DNA of 63,748 nt, filler included, from Bigelowiella natans CCMP2755 (taxonomy: Eukaryota > Protista > Cercozoa): assembly GCA_000320545.1 (NCBI GenBank). It is 5 parts of 5 records of this genome, joined end to end, with 100 filler letters (N's around TTAATTAATTAA, not from the genome) between each part and the next. Parts side by side here need not be neighbours in the genome. Positions count along the whole stretch, not along the records: positions 1 to 31,168 come from ADNK01002432.1; 4 more parts are not named here. One strand, 5' to 3'. The translations under genes were made by a program, and so were the position numbers. Numbering within the stretch: the stretch's first letter is position 1; the number at the start of each line of letters is the position of its first letter. This document shows, in pieces, positions 13,393 through 27,605 of this stretch. Under the pieces are notes generated by a model. The model was not told the origin of the DNA and made no database searches. It saw only the letters and a list, made by a program, of their open reading frames with translations.

Positions 13393-13972
13393 CACATTTA
13401 TCGTAGTGTGTCACTTGCTAGCATGATACTATATTGCTGTGCCTATTATTAGCTAGGGCACTAGCTTAGCTAGCTCATATATTTTAACACTCCAGATTGC
13501 AATAATTACGCATAGCCCGTGCTCTTGATGCTAGCTTGCCAACTCAAAGAGTACGAAGTGTCAAGCTTTATTAGCGCCTGGGACGCGCGCACTTTGGCAA
13601 AGATTGCACGCATTTTGGTAGTACATATAGTGCATGCATGCTTCAGTTACGTCGGGACATCCTAGCTTGACACCGAGGTCTAGAGGGGTTGACGTGTAAG
13701 CTCGGCCCCGAGGAGGTCAAAGGCCCAGGAAGACGGGTATTCGCGATTCATGTTCATTTAACTTTACAACAAGATATATGTACTACTTATAACAAGCTCG
13801 ACACGCCTCGCGAGGCTGGAAATACGGAGCAGCAATGCACTCAACGCAAACCGGGGCGTGGAGACTTGACACTTTTGTTCAAATCTAGCGAGGCTCGGAA
13901 GCAAGGATTGCTCCACCGACTCCTCTGCACATTCCATCGGCGTACACACTTTTCACCCCACCACAACCCAAC

Positions 13973-14369
13973 CTATCTGCGGCTGTCTAAGCCTTCCAGG
14001 AAATCTTCCAAGTTAGGTGGGGGGGGGGCATCTCCATTTTTCATAGCGAGCAACCCACAAGCTCTTGCATCCATGTCCTCGGAAAGCACAGATGGGGTGT
14101 GCGGAGGGAGATAGCCTTTGCGGCCATAGCCGAGCAAGATTGAAGCTATGGACGTGCAGGAGTTTTCGTTTAGTATGAGCACATCTGCACTTGACATAAG
14201 TTCCAGGTCGGCAAGAAATCCAATCACATGATGCCGCACGCCTTCCCTAACGAACAAGAGATGGATTAGTCGTCTCGAGTAATTTGGTCACACTTATTAT
14301 GTCTCTAGCATTTGCCGTAGTCTGCATGAGTCGCTCAGGCACATAAAAGCGCACACACAACCCACTGTA

Positions 14370-14408
<39 letters not shown>

Positions 14409-15391
14409 TACAAGGGCTGCTACTGTACTAAAGCTTGATTAAGGAACCGAAATCTCTGATCTAAGTTCTCTTCCTCTTTTCCTCTATTACTACTAGCTCA
14501 AGACCCTGTATAATTGCGCATGATCGACTGGGTATATGCAGCGAGCTCCATCGTGGTGTTGATATTTGGTATCTGATTGATATATTGTAGTTAGGAAAAA
14601 ATACGAGAGACAGATGGCCAGAATGAGGAAGTGCAACTACACGCTTTTCCGATTTCAAACAACAACGACAACAACAACAACAACAATGAATCAATCAACC
14701 AGCCGCGAGTGCAACTACAACTATCACAACTACTGCTGCTGCTGCTGCTGCTGCTACTACTACTACTACCTCTATAGGGTTGGTGTAGTGCTCGGATATG
14801 GATATCCACTCGTACCTACGTCATACAAGATTGCGACAATTAAGAGAAAGAAATCATTTTCCAATCAAGGACGCTTCTCTCTCGGTTAGTGTCAATGTTG
14901 TTACTGGGGAGCAAGCTTCCGCGCCAGCGCAAGCTCTTCTTTATTCTCACAGCTCAGGTACACGTGCGTGACACCATAATCCCTGAACGCCTCAGAGTCG
15001 AGCTTTTCTACGATCTCCTGCATCGTGACACATGACCTGTACCATTTCTTCCAGGAGCAATTGAAACCTGCTACATCGCCACGACGCAAATGCACTCCGG
15101 CAATGATTGGGCGGCGTTTTTCACTTCTTCCACGGCCGCTGCCACCATTCGTTTCCCCTGCCTTACGATAGCTTGTCGCACTGGGGGTTTGGCGTGCAGG
15201 CCACCGTATCATGCTCTTAATGTTATCGATATGCTCCCGCGTCTTGTTGTTAAACTTAAACGCATAGGCTACCGCCTGAGCGACACCGAATAGCCCTGCC
15301 AAGTAAGCTTCCTGGAGTTCATTTGGCTGATCGAAGAAGTGGCTCGCATTAGGGCCTAGCTTGATGTCATAGAACCCTGAATTTGTGTGTG

Positions 15392-15434
<43 letters not shown>

Positions 15435-17419
15435 GCGTGTGTGTTGCTTACTAACAGTGGAAGGAACGACGCTGAGAAGATAAAATCACTTGAAATACTA
15501 TTTTTTTGTTCTTGCTTGAAATAAGCAAGTTTGCTTGTTGCATTGTTTGGCATTAGGTTATTAGTGCTGAGCTATGTTAAGAAGTACTGACCTTCAATCG
15601 TGTTTCCGTCCACGATTTTAGCAAAGAGGTTGGTTGGATTGGCAAAGAAGCTATCATCAGACCGATAACCCTCTCCCCCCCCCGCGTTGCCGTTCCCTTC
15701 TTTTTCTTCTTCGGATGGCATAGGTGGATCCAGGGTTCGGTCATCGAGCAGCTCAAAGTAGCACCCCCAGCTTTTCCTGATATCGTCCTGCCCATCATCA
15801 TCGTCTTCGTCATTGCCGTAATTCTTTCTCAGCTGGCAGCCCTTCACGCGGCTCCAAAGCCATGGATTCGGGTGCTCCTGGTACTTATCATCATCGATAT
15901 TGAATGCAACGCCGGACGTGAGCTTCATCGTTCTGGGGAGAAGAGAAAACAGTGTCAGCCCCATACCCACTAGGTTCTTTCCAATGGGATAGCCGTACAA
16001 ATGGGCGGGCACAGCAGTAGCAATGGCCCCCGATATAAGTTCTGCTGCTGCTGCTCTCGGTAGAATTGGGGAGAAGAAGGAGCGGGGGGGGGAGGAGGCG
16101 GAGGAGGACTTGTGATGGTGATGGGAATGCTGATTTGCCCATATCTTCTGCTGCATCCAGAGCCTTCGTTTGCGTCGGGCGAGGTTGTCGTTACTATTAT
16201 GATCATTATCATACTCCTCCAAAAATAGATGCGGCTGGGGTAAATAGTGAAGGCCTTCTGGAAAGCGAAGAAGACTTTCTAAATCGTCAAAATCGCCATC
16301 TTTCAACCTCGGAAACAGCAAAACCTTTATTTGAGGCTGCTGCTCATGCAAGGGTGGGGGTTCAACGTCTCTCTCGCCAGCAGCACTTCCGCCGCCACCA
16401 CCACCCTCCTGCTTCAGTTTGTTTGCCTTATTCTTACACGTAAGATAAGGATCTGCAATGTTCCCATCATCATCATATTTCACGCCATTCTCATCTTCTA
16501 CCACTTCATCATCACCATAATCCGTGCACGGTTGGGAAAGGGCAATGTCGGCAGTCTTGCGGCCTAAGAGAGCAGTAACTGCGCTGGAGTTCCATTTCTT
16601 CGCAGCGTCAAAATGTAAGACACAAGCCTTCCTCTTGGAAAGTTTGTTATAGAAGTACACCTTCTCTTCCTCCTGCGTGTTCTCCTCCTCCTCCTCCTCC
16701 TTCTTCTTCTCAATGACTTTCAAAACATCTAAATCACAGAGAGTCGTGAAGATCCTCATTTCGTAGTCTAGGGTGACAATGTCCTTATGATCGAGGAAGT
16801 ACGCGTAGTATACTGGCTGATCGCTTCTAATATACTCCCTTCTTCCTTCGATATCCCTCCACACGGTTTCGTACATGTCGTGAATATACCGCGCAGGGCC
16901 TATGATTCCTCCTGAATTTAGCGAACGCAGCGTCGGCCTTCGTGGTACCTCTTCGCCCGGGTCAAGCTGCAGGTACTCCGCCACCTCTGTTGTTAGCTGG
17001 TATGAAACACATAGCAACGTAACCGGCGGAGGGTCAGCTCGACGGCCTTCTACATCATCGCTCGCGACGAAAGATGCGTGGTGAGCAAATGCATAGGGAT
17101 TTGGGAAGGGTGCATGCTAAGCTACAAGCTCAGGATATCAAGTAGGAATGTAAGTGGTTTTGCTATGTGCATGTTGCGCCTGCTGTGTTGCGTCTTGCAG
17201 CATATCTGCTGCTACAACACCTACTAGTACTAGTACCGATGGATTATGAGCTTCGGCCCATTCTGGTACGCGGGGAACTTCTTCACACCGCTCCTCACAC
17301 CCTCCAAAACAATACTCCACACTGAATACAATCTTAGACCCTGATGCCTCGGATATAGCCTTATAGTGTTCTGCTATCTGCGGGTGGCATGTATATGGTT
17401 AGGAATGCATAAAACACAT

Positions 17420-17518
<99 letters not shown>

Positions 17519-18567
17519 TAGAGCCGAAGAGAGCGGGGGGATGGGGGCGAAAGGCGAATGAATTTAGTTAAATCAGTCTTCTTAAAGTCTTATCTATCAG
17601 TTAAGCAGTTTGTGTTGTTATTACTAATACCTCAGTTGCGCTGCATGTGACAACTGTGTCGGTGTCCAATAATAAAACGAGGTGATTCGGATCTTCCAGG
17701 GCAATTTTCTTAATTAAAGGCCCAGTGTATTTGACCTGTATGATTGGTGATGACGATGAAGAAGGAAAAGAAGAATAAGAAGCGGAAATAGCATTCATGC
17801 TAACACCAAGCGTCCTGATTCCTCTGCACTGACCTTGTCTGCAAGGTCTTGCCAGGGTAACCCGAAACCAATTTGATGTACACCCAGATCGTCGTGATTG
17901 CCGAGTATTGTCTCATTCATACGCCTTGTCTCTATTGCATAGGCGGTAAGAATCTTTGGCTTTGTCGAGTTTCCGTTTGCCCCTGTGTTCGAAGGAGTTA
18001 TCAGGACAATGCATGAGGAGGAGTATCTACAAATACACCTCTTAAAACTGCGTGGGTTATTATAGAACTTTTGGCTGCCCAACCAGAGTGCCAAAATAAT
18101 GAAATACATGCCGAATATGGTGTGATGAGTTTCTAAACCTCTATTTAGAATGCGGAAATGTTCCACGCGCGTGCGCGTACACTCACACACACAGACACAG
18201 ACAGACAGACAGACACTATACATCGATACAGGACCCATTGTTAATTTTCGAAACCCCTTCTTTACATAGCTATTAATTCCCATCCTCAACAGAGAACCGC
18301 TATCCTCCATTATTATTTACCACGATCATCGTTAACGTAGTCGAAGCTGCTAACACCTATACTGTCGCCATTATTCCCTTGCTTGTACTGCTGAGCAGGG
18401 GATGCCTCACGAGAGATTTCATCTCTTCGTTGAAATTCGGCAGTCTCTGATATTCTGCCTTGATCGACAAGTGCGCGCGTTTCAACCTTCAAAAAGGCTA
18501 GAGAGGTCAATGCCAAAGCAACGAATGCTAGCACAAGATCCGAAAAACGGACTTCTTCTGTCCTCAT
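13973..18567 (-). CDS. Type II membrane two-domain glycosyltransferase: PLOD-type (lysyl hydroxylase N-terminal) GT domain + FUT8/GT23-like fucosyltransferase domain
   Basis: N-terminal TM (LVLAFVALALTSLAFL). PLOD-like motifs: IGFGLPW, LVLLLDTDTVV, IVFSVEYC, LNSGGIIGPA, DQPVYYAYFL, VTLDYEMRIF. GT23-like motifs: SWGCYF, IAGVHLRRGD, VYLSCEN, FLADLELMSSADVLI. Both domains are partly in one long exon (ORF 15572..17017). Confidence 0.85.
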
Positions 18568-18829
18568 TACTGCCAGTTCCTGCAAGGCGCATGGGTAGCT
18601 GCTGTATATTTTCTCATGAGCGTCCAGCAAAATGACGCTGGGCTATGGGTGATGGCGATGGTTGGTGCTCATCACCATCATCACAAAGTCATCAGCAGCC
18701 CTCATAAGTCGACATGTAAACCTCAGAACTCTTTCCGAGATCCTGGACTAATCTCGTAGTAATTTCCCCGGTTAGTCCCAAGAAAAAAACCGGGGAATAT
18801 GAAATTTGAACAATCTTAGGTAAAAACAG

Positions 18830-18916
18830 GACGATTCTGGTGCTCGGACATCCAGGAAATGCGACATGGTTTGCCTGCGACGATTCTGGTGCTCAGACAT
18901 GCGACATGGTTTGCCT
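18830..18916. repeat. Imperfect tandem duplication in divergent promoter
   Basis: gacgattctggtgctc(g/a)gacat...gcgacatggtttgcct occurs twice. Confidence 0.9.
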
Positions 18917-19558
18917 CCGAAATCGAAACCCAAACAAGTGGATCTAATGATAATGCTTGGATCGAGAAATGGATGTAATATTACAATAGCGACAACTAAT
19001 GTAACCTGAAACTCTAAACTCTCAGCTGAGTAACGGTAAGCGAAAATTTATGAGTGTTTCTACTACATGTAGTTGGCCATTCTTAAGAATTAGAACTCCT
19101 GAACTACAGATATCATTAAACCACAAATTAAAATGAATTAGAATCTTCGCAGCAGGTCACGTGTTGTGCATCTAGATTCAACCTGTTGCCGTTCAAATGT
19201 AAGGTGCGTGATAAATGTTCTATTTTCTTCCAAGTGGGATGGCATTTTACACATACGACAATGTTGCACTTGAAGAATTAACTATTAAGCTAAGCGTTGA
19301 TTTATTTTAGGAGACGCACCTGAAACGCAACGCAAGCAGCAGATGCATCTAAAAGCAATTTAGACTAGATCTAGCAACGCTCCCCCCAAGACTCCTTCCG
19401 CATGTAGCGATTGCACGATGCTTCGACGCACCCGTGGAGGAAGTGGTATCAACTGATACGTTTGTACGCGAAGAACTTGGAAAAGAGATTTTCATTCTTT
19501 AGGTACTAACCCTCCCAGTCCAAGCAAAAGTTTGAGTGTCAGGCCGACAGCAAGCTCA

Positions 19559-21291
19559 ATGTCTAGATTGAACGGTGTAAGGGCGATCCTTGTCGCCTCC
19601 AGTGTAATTAGTCTTTATATCTTGCTTGAAGACCTCAATTATGAGACTCTGGTGGGTCACAGTACAAAGAGTGGTTTGCCCCCCGTCGTGATCAATGTTT
19701 TTGAAGAATTACTTCTTTCTCAGAAATTTGGACAGCAGAGGGTTACTCCCAAGTCCTTGGAATACCTCAACAACATCGCTAAGAATACCACATCCAACCT
19801 CCCTGTTTCCATAAAAGTATCAATTAAGAGTACCAAAGATGCATAAGCTATAAAATTGTTTGACGATCAAAACTTTGATTTAGCACGGGTAAAAATACTT
19901 ATATTATTTTACATTCGTTAGGATTTCAAGGGGAACTCGACTATAGTAGAGCTGTTAGAAAAAGCAGAACTCTCTCTTGAAAACGTAATTACTTCCTCTA
20001 AATTTTCATGAATTCTTGACGCTATATTATTTGTAATACAGGGTCATTTGTAAAATACAGTGCCACCATCATTTCACTGTATATTCTGCTATTCGTTTTC
20101 TTCCTTCCACTTAAGATCGCATCATTCCAAGACGAAAGATGTCCGGATCTCCGTACCCCTTGCCAAGTCTCCAAAAAATGTGAGTTTCTTGGAATTTCTC
20201 TCCATCGTTCGGTTGAAGGCTCTGCTCCTCCTCCTCGAGATTCAGTCAACTATGATGAGCTAATATCCCAAAATCTGGAGGAAATTCTTAACAAGAAGAC
20301 ACTAAGATCCACTCTCAGGGCTAGGCACTTACGGGTCCGTAATGCTTATAAGTGGCTGACAGTCGATAATTTATTCCTACTGCCCCTCGTGGCAATTACC
20401 CAAGTTGTATTTGCTAAAAGACTCGGTCTGGTAACGGACGACAAACCCCCATTTATCTACATGCCTGAAGGCCATAAATTTTATAAATGCGAGTCTGCAA
20501 ATGCACCACATTTTTGGGAGCAATGGTTTGAACCGATAAGCGATGCGAATTGGAGAGACATCGAAGAGGATGAGGTCTGGGAATTCTCGCAGGAGACAAT
20601 CATAGAGCTTTTCCTACATAAAAACAATAGCTTGTCTTCTCTTTATTTGGGGGGTGCAGGGAGGAAGCAAGTAGAAAGTGCTTACAGCAAAGATGCCTCT
20701 ACTAAAACGGCTATGCAAGAGATGGTAAAGTACTTCGTTTTGGATGAGGGATTTACAACAACGTCAAATCTGCTTTCGAGGGAACTTCATGATCATATAG
20801 GCCTCCATATGGACAATAGATGCCCCGAAGCGGTTATTGACGATATCATAAAAATTACGATCTGCACTCAAAAATTATATTTCTTATTCTAAAAACCTAT
20901 CCGTCGATTATATACCCCCCCCCCGTCTTCTTATTTTCGTTTCATTTTCTGAATTACATTTTTAAAAGTTAAACACCGCCATCTTATCTTATCCTGGCTG
21001 TTTCCATTGAATTTGGGTTCAAAGGGGCTTTTGGGCTATACTTCGTCAGTAAATAGATACCGGAAAACAGGAACGCAGCAGTTATTTCTAGTAGGAGATG
21101 AGGATGCAGCGACCAACTTCAAACACCATATGACGAAGGAACTTAAAGAAAAAGTGTCCTACTTCCCAATGCCAAAGATGGATGATGATGAAGATGTTCC
21201 TATCGAGTCACGGCGAGCTCATCAAGTGATTATCTATTTTCTACACGTTGCATCATCTATATAGTTGTTCATGCCACAACACATACACACG

Positions 21292-21353
<62 letters not shown>

Positions 21354-22452
21354 AAGAGAGAGAGAAACTAATTTACGTACATATATGACTCGATGTTATT
21401 GTGGTTTTGTTACAGGCTCTCCTGGAGGCATACCTCTTATCGGAGACGCGAACGATCATTACATGTGGTGCTGTCTTAGGAGAATTCGCAATTTTCCTCC
21501 GAAAATATTCCCCAACTTTAGTACCCGCCAAATACGTCGATGTTCTTCAAACGGATGCTTCTCCCAACAAACGGAAAGGCCCATCAGGGTAGTATTGTGA
21601 CTCGCCGAACAATTACGAATAAGAATGAGCGCACACTTGACCGGAGCTTTCACTACGATTTGCTTTTTCGGGCGTTCTAGCCTTCTTGCCTCCATCCATT
21701 TTACACTGATATATAATGAGCGTTGTCAGTCTTATTCACTGTAGAAGAAATTCGTATATCGCTAGAGTACAACAAATTGCTCGTTTCAGCAGCAGAATCA
21801 TACCAAATCACCTCGAAGCCGATGTTGATTGGCTACTACCATCCTGCTACTTACTAAATTATAATAACACAGGCACTCCAGGAAGCTTCCATCTTCGGTT
21901 TCAGTGTACATGATCACAATGCCGCAACGCAGGGAGGCCGCAGAGGCTATGATGAAACAGCTTGGGTTTTTCTCAAGAACAACCTTCGTAAATGCTACCA
22001 CGGATGTTCCCAAAGATCAGGTAGAAATCTCTTCGTATTTTTGTCTAGAATACGAGTGATTGCTTTCATTCATCCATCAATCGTCTTGCTCCCACCACGT
22101 TTCCTTCCCTATTCTCATCGTTTGATCATGTTCGCATGCACGCGCGCACAGATGGAAAGGGGATAAGTTGTCTGTCCTTCGTCCATCATCTCTCATCCCA
22201 TGCCCTGCTAATTTTTGCTGTTTTGAATTTAAGATTCATCATCTTTCGATTCTGAGGAAAAGTGAGCTGGCAAACGCAATGTCACACCGTCGGGTTTACG
22301 AAAGATTCGTGCGAGAAACTTCCACTAGCAAGGGCGAAAATTTTGCGTTAATATTCGAAGATGACGTTGCTCCAGAATACCCTGGTACTAAAATTTGTAG
22401 ACTTTGTAGGCTATATGAGGAAGATCTGCTCCATTCTTCTTTTTTTTTCGAT

Positions 22453-22493
<41 letters not shown>

Positions 22494-24061
22494 TTACTAT
22501 TAAAACATTACTACCACTACTATTACTACTGCTACTACTACTACTACTACTACTACAACTAGCTACTATTACTATATCCAGCCTTTTATTTCACTTTCAC
22601 CACAGGCCTTGATGTTATGGAGGACATTGCAATGATACTAAAGGCACGCTCCAAAATTCCCTGGGACGTCGTTAATCTTGGTCGTTGCTTTGATTGCTGC
22701 GAAACCGACTGTGTGGTCACCTCCTACTTTGAGGATAACGCCTTCGTGAGGTCGAATCATTCGTTCTGTGCGCACGCATACCTCGTTAATCGAAAGGGGG
22801 CAGCAAAGCTAATACAGGCTGCTTCTCCTATAAAAGTAATCGCAGACGACAACATTGTGCTAAGTGGGAGAAAGGGTGATGTAAAGCATATGTCGATAAC
22901 ACCGCGATTGTTCGTGCAGCGTCGCTCAGAAATGCAATCCCTCATAAATCCGACTTCAGATAGCTTTCTAGAATGCGCAGAATGTCAGAAATGCTCCCCC
23001 GAGGTAGCGTTTATGGAGGAAGTGGTGCATAACCAGATGCGGTGCGACCAGATGAAAATTCCATGCGAGTTTTCAGAATCATGTGTTTATTTGGATGTCC
23101 AAGACGAGAAGATTGAGCGTGATGATGACGTGACGAACGCGAAGCTTCACGGTGATACTATAACGGAGGAAGTGCGCGAACAACTGAAAGGAAAGCACTT
23201 GCGAATACGGTCTCCATACAAATTTCTCCACGCTTGTGGGTTTTTCACATTCCCATTGCTAGTAATGAATCAGCTCCGAGCTGCCAGGCGCTTGGATCTT
23301 ATTGGCGATAAAAAGCCTTTCGTGTACATGCCCGAAACACACCACTACTTCAGCTGTAAAAGTAACACGAGCACAGAACTCAATTTTTGGGATGTGTGGT
23401 TTCATCCCGTGTCCGAAGTAACGATTGATGGCTGGAGGCGTTTGAACGAAGAGGAGGTTTGGGAGTTCTCGCAGAACTCGATTATGACGGCTTACTATGA
23501 TTCAGATGCGATTAAGACTTACCCATACGGAGGAAACGACGACGTGCCATCTCCTGATTGGATACAAACACAGCGGGATAAGGCGCAGAAGGAGATGGTA
23601 AACATTCGCGTCCGTGAAGAGTTTGTGGAAGAAAGTCTGACGTTCTACAAAGAGCATCTAGGCGCTGCTGCATCCTCTTCACAGGTGCTGGGCATGCACA
23701 TGCGTGGCACTGATAAGTTTGTAACCCCAAAAGTACCGCCAGAGGACTACATCGATGAAGGGCGAGGGTTTCTGAAGAAACACCCAAAAGGTAAGATCTT
23801 TCTGGCAACGGATGACCCAGAATACACGCAACTATTAAGAGCCACGTTTGGATCGAAGCTTGTTGTCCGAGAGGTGATGAGGGACCAAGCGAACGTCCTC
23901 TATATTGACACAGTAAACAAGAACTTGAAGGTGAAAGAGGTAGTATGTCCAACAGATCTCCGCCCCAAAGAAGACGTCTTGCATATCCCGCAGTTTGCCG
24001 ATAACACATCATTTATGAAATCTGTGGTGACAACCACCTTGTGTAATGTAAAGTCACATGA

Positions 24062-24104
<43 letters not shown>

Positions 24105-25421
24105 AGGGAGAGAGAGGAGAGAGAGAGGGGGGGATGTGATTTGCAATTGATTGCAACCTTAACATTTTAAACAGCAGTATTAAACAATAACTAATCAATA
24201 TTATAACGGCTCTCATGAACATATGTGTTACTCCTAATATAGGTTTTAATCGACGCTCTTATACTTTCTCTCACTTCCTCCTTGGTAAAGTGCTGGTCTT
24301 CAGTATCAGAATTCAGCGTGTATTTTAGACAGAATTTGTTCTCTTCTCGTCCCCCATTCACTACAATTACCGATCTACAGCTGTCAGAGGAACTTTCTGA
24401 GCACCACAAAATGAATGATGATGACATTGCGGACTCAGACAGAATCGATCATGATGAATCCCAATTGGCTAGAGATGACGGCTTCGAGTTCATTCTCAAA
24501 ACCCATTCTTATCTTCCGACTCAAGCAGCAGCGCTGGCAGTCTCGCGAGAAAAAGTCAACACACTGCTCGCTGGCCTGGATTACATATTTCACCCCCTCT
24601 GTCAATATAGTCACAAGTTTACTCCCAAAGTAGTTGAGTTTGGCTTTGGGGCGACTGTGAATAGCCTTGTGAAGCCAGTGCTGCACGCTGTCAAATATGG
24701 CTACTGCCTCGCGCAGCCGCAAGGGTTCAGAAAATACTTTTGTGAGGAAGGATGGGAAATGCTATTCGCTGCACTAGGCAAAGGCGGGAAGGGCGGCCTA
24801 CCCTCCGGTCTTCCTGGCGGTTCGGTTGTGAATGCAAGTGATGATCGCACAGGGTGCAGCAAAGTCTTTTCAGCTCCTACATTCGAGAGCTCAGAGTTCC
24901 AGCGGTGCTCTAAGCTCTATTCCTATCCGCTGCACGGAAGCACGGCATTTCCTTCAGGATTTAAATCGATGGGGCTATTCGTCTCTGTGTCTATAATTCT
25001 CAAGCGACTTCTCCGCCCTTCTGCATCTCTCCAAGCAAAGCTCTCATCCATTAAAAAAGAAATAGGTAGGCTGTTATTATAAGCTTTACTGGGTAGTAAT
25101 GAGTGAGATAGTAGCATGTGACTATCAGTTTACGCTATTATGGCAATAGTCTATACCTTGTTTGCGTTCATCGTATTCCTCGTAGCTATTACGAGAATGC
25201 TATAGTGTTAAGTTGGTGTTGTATTAAAGTGTGATAGCAGTAGAAGACGACCTCATATTACGGATAGCCTTTAAAATCATTTCGCTCCTATCATTGGTTA
25301 GTTCTTTAATCATTTTTAAACTATACCAGAATGGCCTGAGGATGAGAATACCAAAGTCATGGCTATACATTTTAGGGCCGGTACAATTTGATACTTCTGG
25401 ATGTGTAACAACATCTTTTCA

Positions 25422-25495
<74 letters not shown>

Positions 25496-25824
25496 CTTGC
25501 TGAGGTAACCTAACGAATCCCATCATCATCAGGCGACTCGTGTTTAGAGCCAGTTGAGGCGTTAGGCCGCATATGCGATCCATTCTCGAGGTACATGCTG
25601 GAGGCTAAGCGAATGAAGGAGCTGTATGATGTTTCAGATATCTACCTCGCCACAGACAGTGACGCCATTTACGATGAGATTAGCGAGTATGAATCTGAAT
25701 TCAATTTCCACTTCGTCCGAAATATGGCACGAGGAGATATCAGGTTCTTATATTCTGTGGGAAGATCTCTCTCTCTCTCTCTCTCCCTCTCCCTCTCCCT
25801 CTCTCTTGGTGTGTGTTGTGTGTG

Positions 25825-25856
<32 letters not shown>

Positions 25857-26483
25857 CTCCGCTCTTTAGGTGTTGTTTTTCTTTCGTATTGAAAAAATAA
25901 AGAGTGTGAGAAAAGAAGGACAAGAACTTATGGTTTCCTTCCTATTTGTTTATATTACGCTTCCTTTACATCATTTGGGCTAGTCTTACTTAAGAATGTT
26001 ATTGTGATTTTTCTGGGGGAAATCGTAAAATAATCGATACTGTGTAGGAATCGGATGTCTATAGATGACGCTCTAGAACAAGGTCTTATCGCTGTCACCA
26101 TTCTTTCCGAGCTTTTGACGAATTTTAGAACCATCCCCTGAAATTATCAAAAAAAGGCTGTACGCTGACGCCGCCAATTTCCGTTGTAAAATGTAGTTTC
26201 TCTAATTTTGAATATATTTACCCTACATCTAGGCAAAATTGACGGTTGTAAAGAGGCTCAAAACGTCCTAATCGATTTATACTTACTTGGTGATGCCGAC
26301 TTTTTCATCGGCAAATTCAGCAGCAACATGGATCGCATTGCTTACAACTTACAATTTGCACGCAAGTTGGTATTTCCTCCGTTTGTATCCTTGGACAATG
26401 CATGGTGCTTTGATTTCGGGGTAGAGAGTAGAAGCAACTTGTACGTCGAGAAAGGAATGCCTGGAGAGAAAGTATATTGCTGA
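19559..26483 (+). CDS. Multi-domain glycosyltransferase: degenerate NodZ-like + GT25-like + NodZ/GT23-like + FUT8-like domains (possibly two genes, split near 21.6 kb)
   Basis: N-terminal hydrophobic anchor (AILVASSVISLYILL). GT25 motifs: VYMITMPQRRE, ELANAMSH, ALIFEDDV, WDVVNLG, AHAYLVNRKGAAKL. GT23 motifs: LGMHMRGTDK, IFLATDD, VLIDALILS. Third domain: FGFGATVN, AIHFRAG|D, IYLATDS, LIDLYLLGDADFFIGKFSSN. The splice link at 21590-21750 is unresolved. Confidence 0.85.
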
Positions 26484-27552
26484 ACGTAAGAAATTGCAGC
26501 GTGATAGATTTTACACAATAGACAACATAGTGGTATGTATGTGTGTACCAGCATATATATCATTGTACGTATTATACTACAGCACATTAAATTGAAAAAG
26601 AAAGTAAATGATTTGTATTAAAGTATTGAGATGTGAGTGAATCGCCAAAGTTGAGTTTGCCGACGATATATGTTTAGTAGAACAAAACAAGAATTGAGCA
26701 TTAATCAGTTAAATTAATAAAATTTATAAGTCTCATTCACAGCGTGGCATTGTAGTAAGCACGTTTGCTTCTAAATGTTGCCTATTTACACTGCATGCGA
26801 CAGTTAGCGTCCGCTCAATATACTCGATATACTCGAAGCGGTGCTCGGGTATGATCCACGCACGCGTTTACAAAGCCATGCGCACAATTTACGAGCGTGC
26901 GGCATGCTAGCATCATCTAGGCAGGTACAATAGTGCACATGTAGCGTATACTGCTAGACTGTCTCTTTGTTAGCTCTGATGTTGTAGCGAGCACGCGATT
27001 TGACAGTGCGTGCATGTGTGCGCAGCATGCGCGCGTCGGATCATCATGCTTGTGGCTCGCTAACCCAACGCAGCACGCTATGCTACAGCATTATGCATAC
27101 GCATGTATCTAGCTACATGCCTGGCATGAGGATGACCATTAAACAAATTTAATTTGATTCAGTCTTATATCCGTCTTACACATATATCTAGATATATGTG
27201 CGTAAAATGCTGGTCGTAGTAGCATGCTAGCATGCCATGCATGTGATGTCTGCTGTCTCATTGTCTAGGCGATGCGATTTAGACAAAGCACGCGTATGCT
27301 GTAGTACCCATGCACAGTGGCACTTGGATAGATTGTTGAAGTAGTTAAGCATACGTATTTAATAATATCACGATACGCTATCGTTCACAGCATTTTTTTC
27401 ATTTCAGTTGATTTTCTTTTTTTTTAAAGGTGCTTTTTTTAATTACGTCGCTTCTTGGTCCCATTACGATCATGGTTCTAATTTGGTCGATTAATTGCGT
27501 ATCAGCCTCTTTTTTCCCCGCCATGGACCCACACACATATCGTCGCTTTTAG

Positions 27553-27570
27553 CTACCTCTTCGTTTGTTG

Positions 27571-27605
<35 letters not shown>

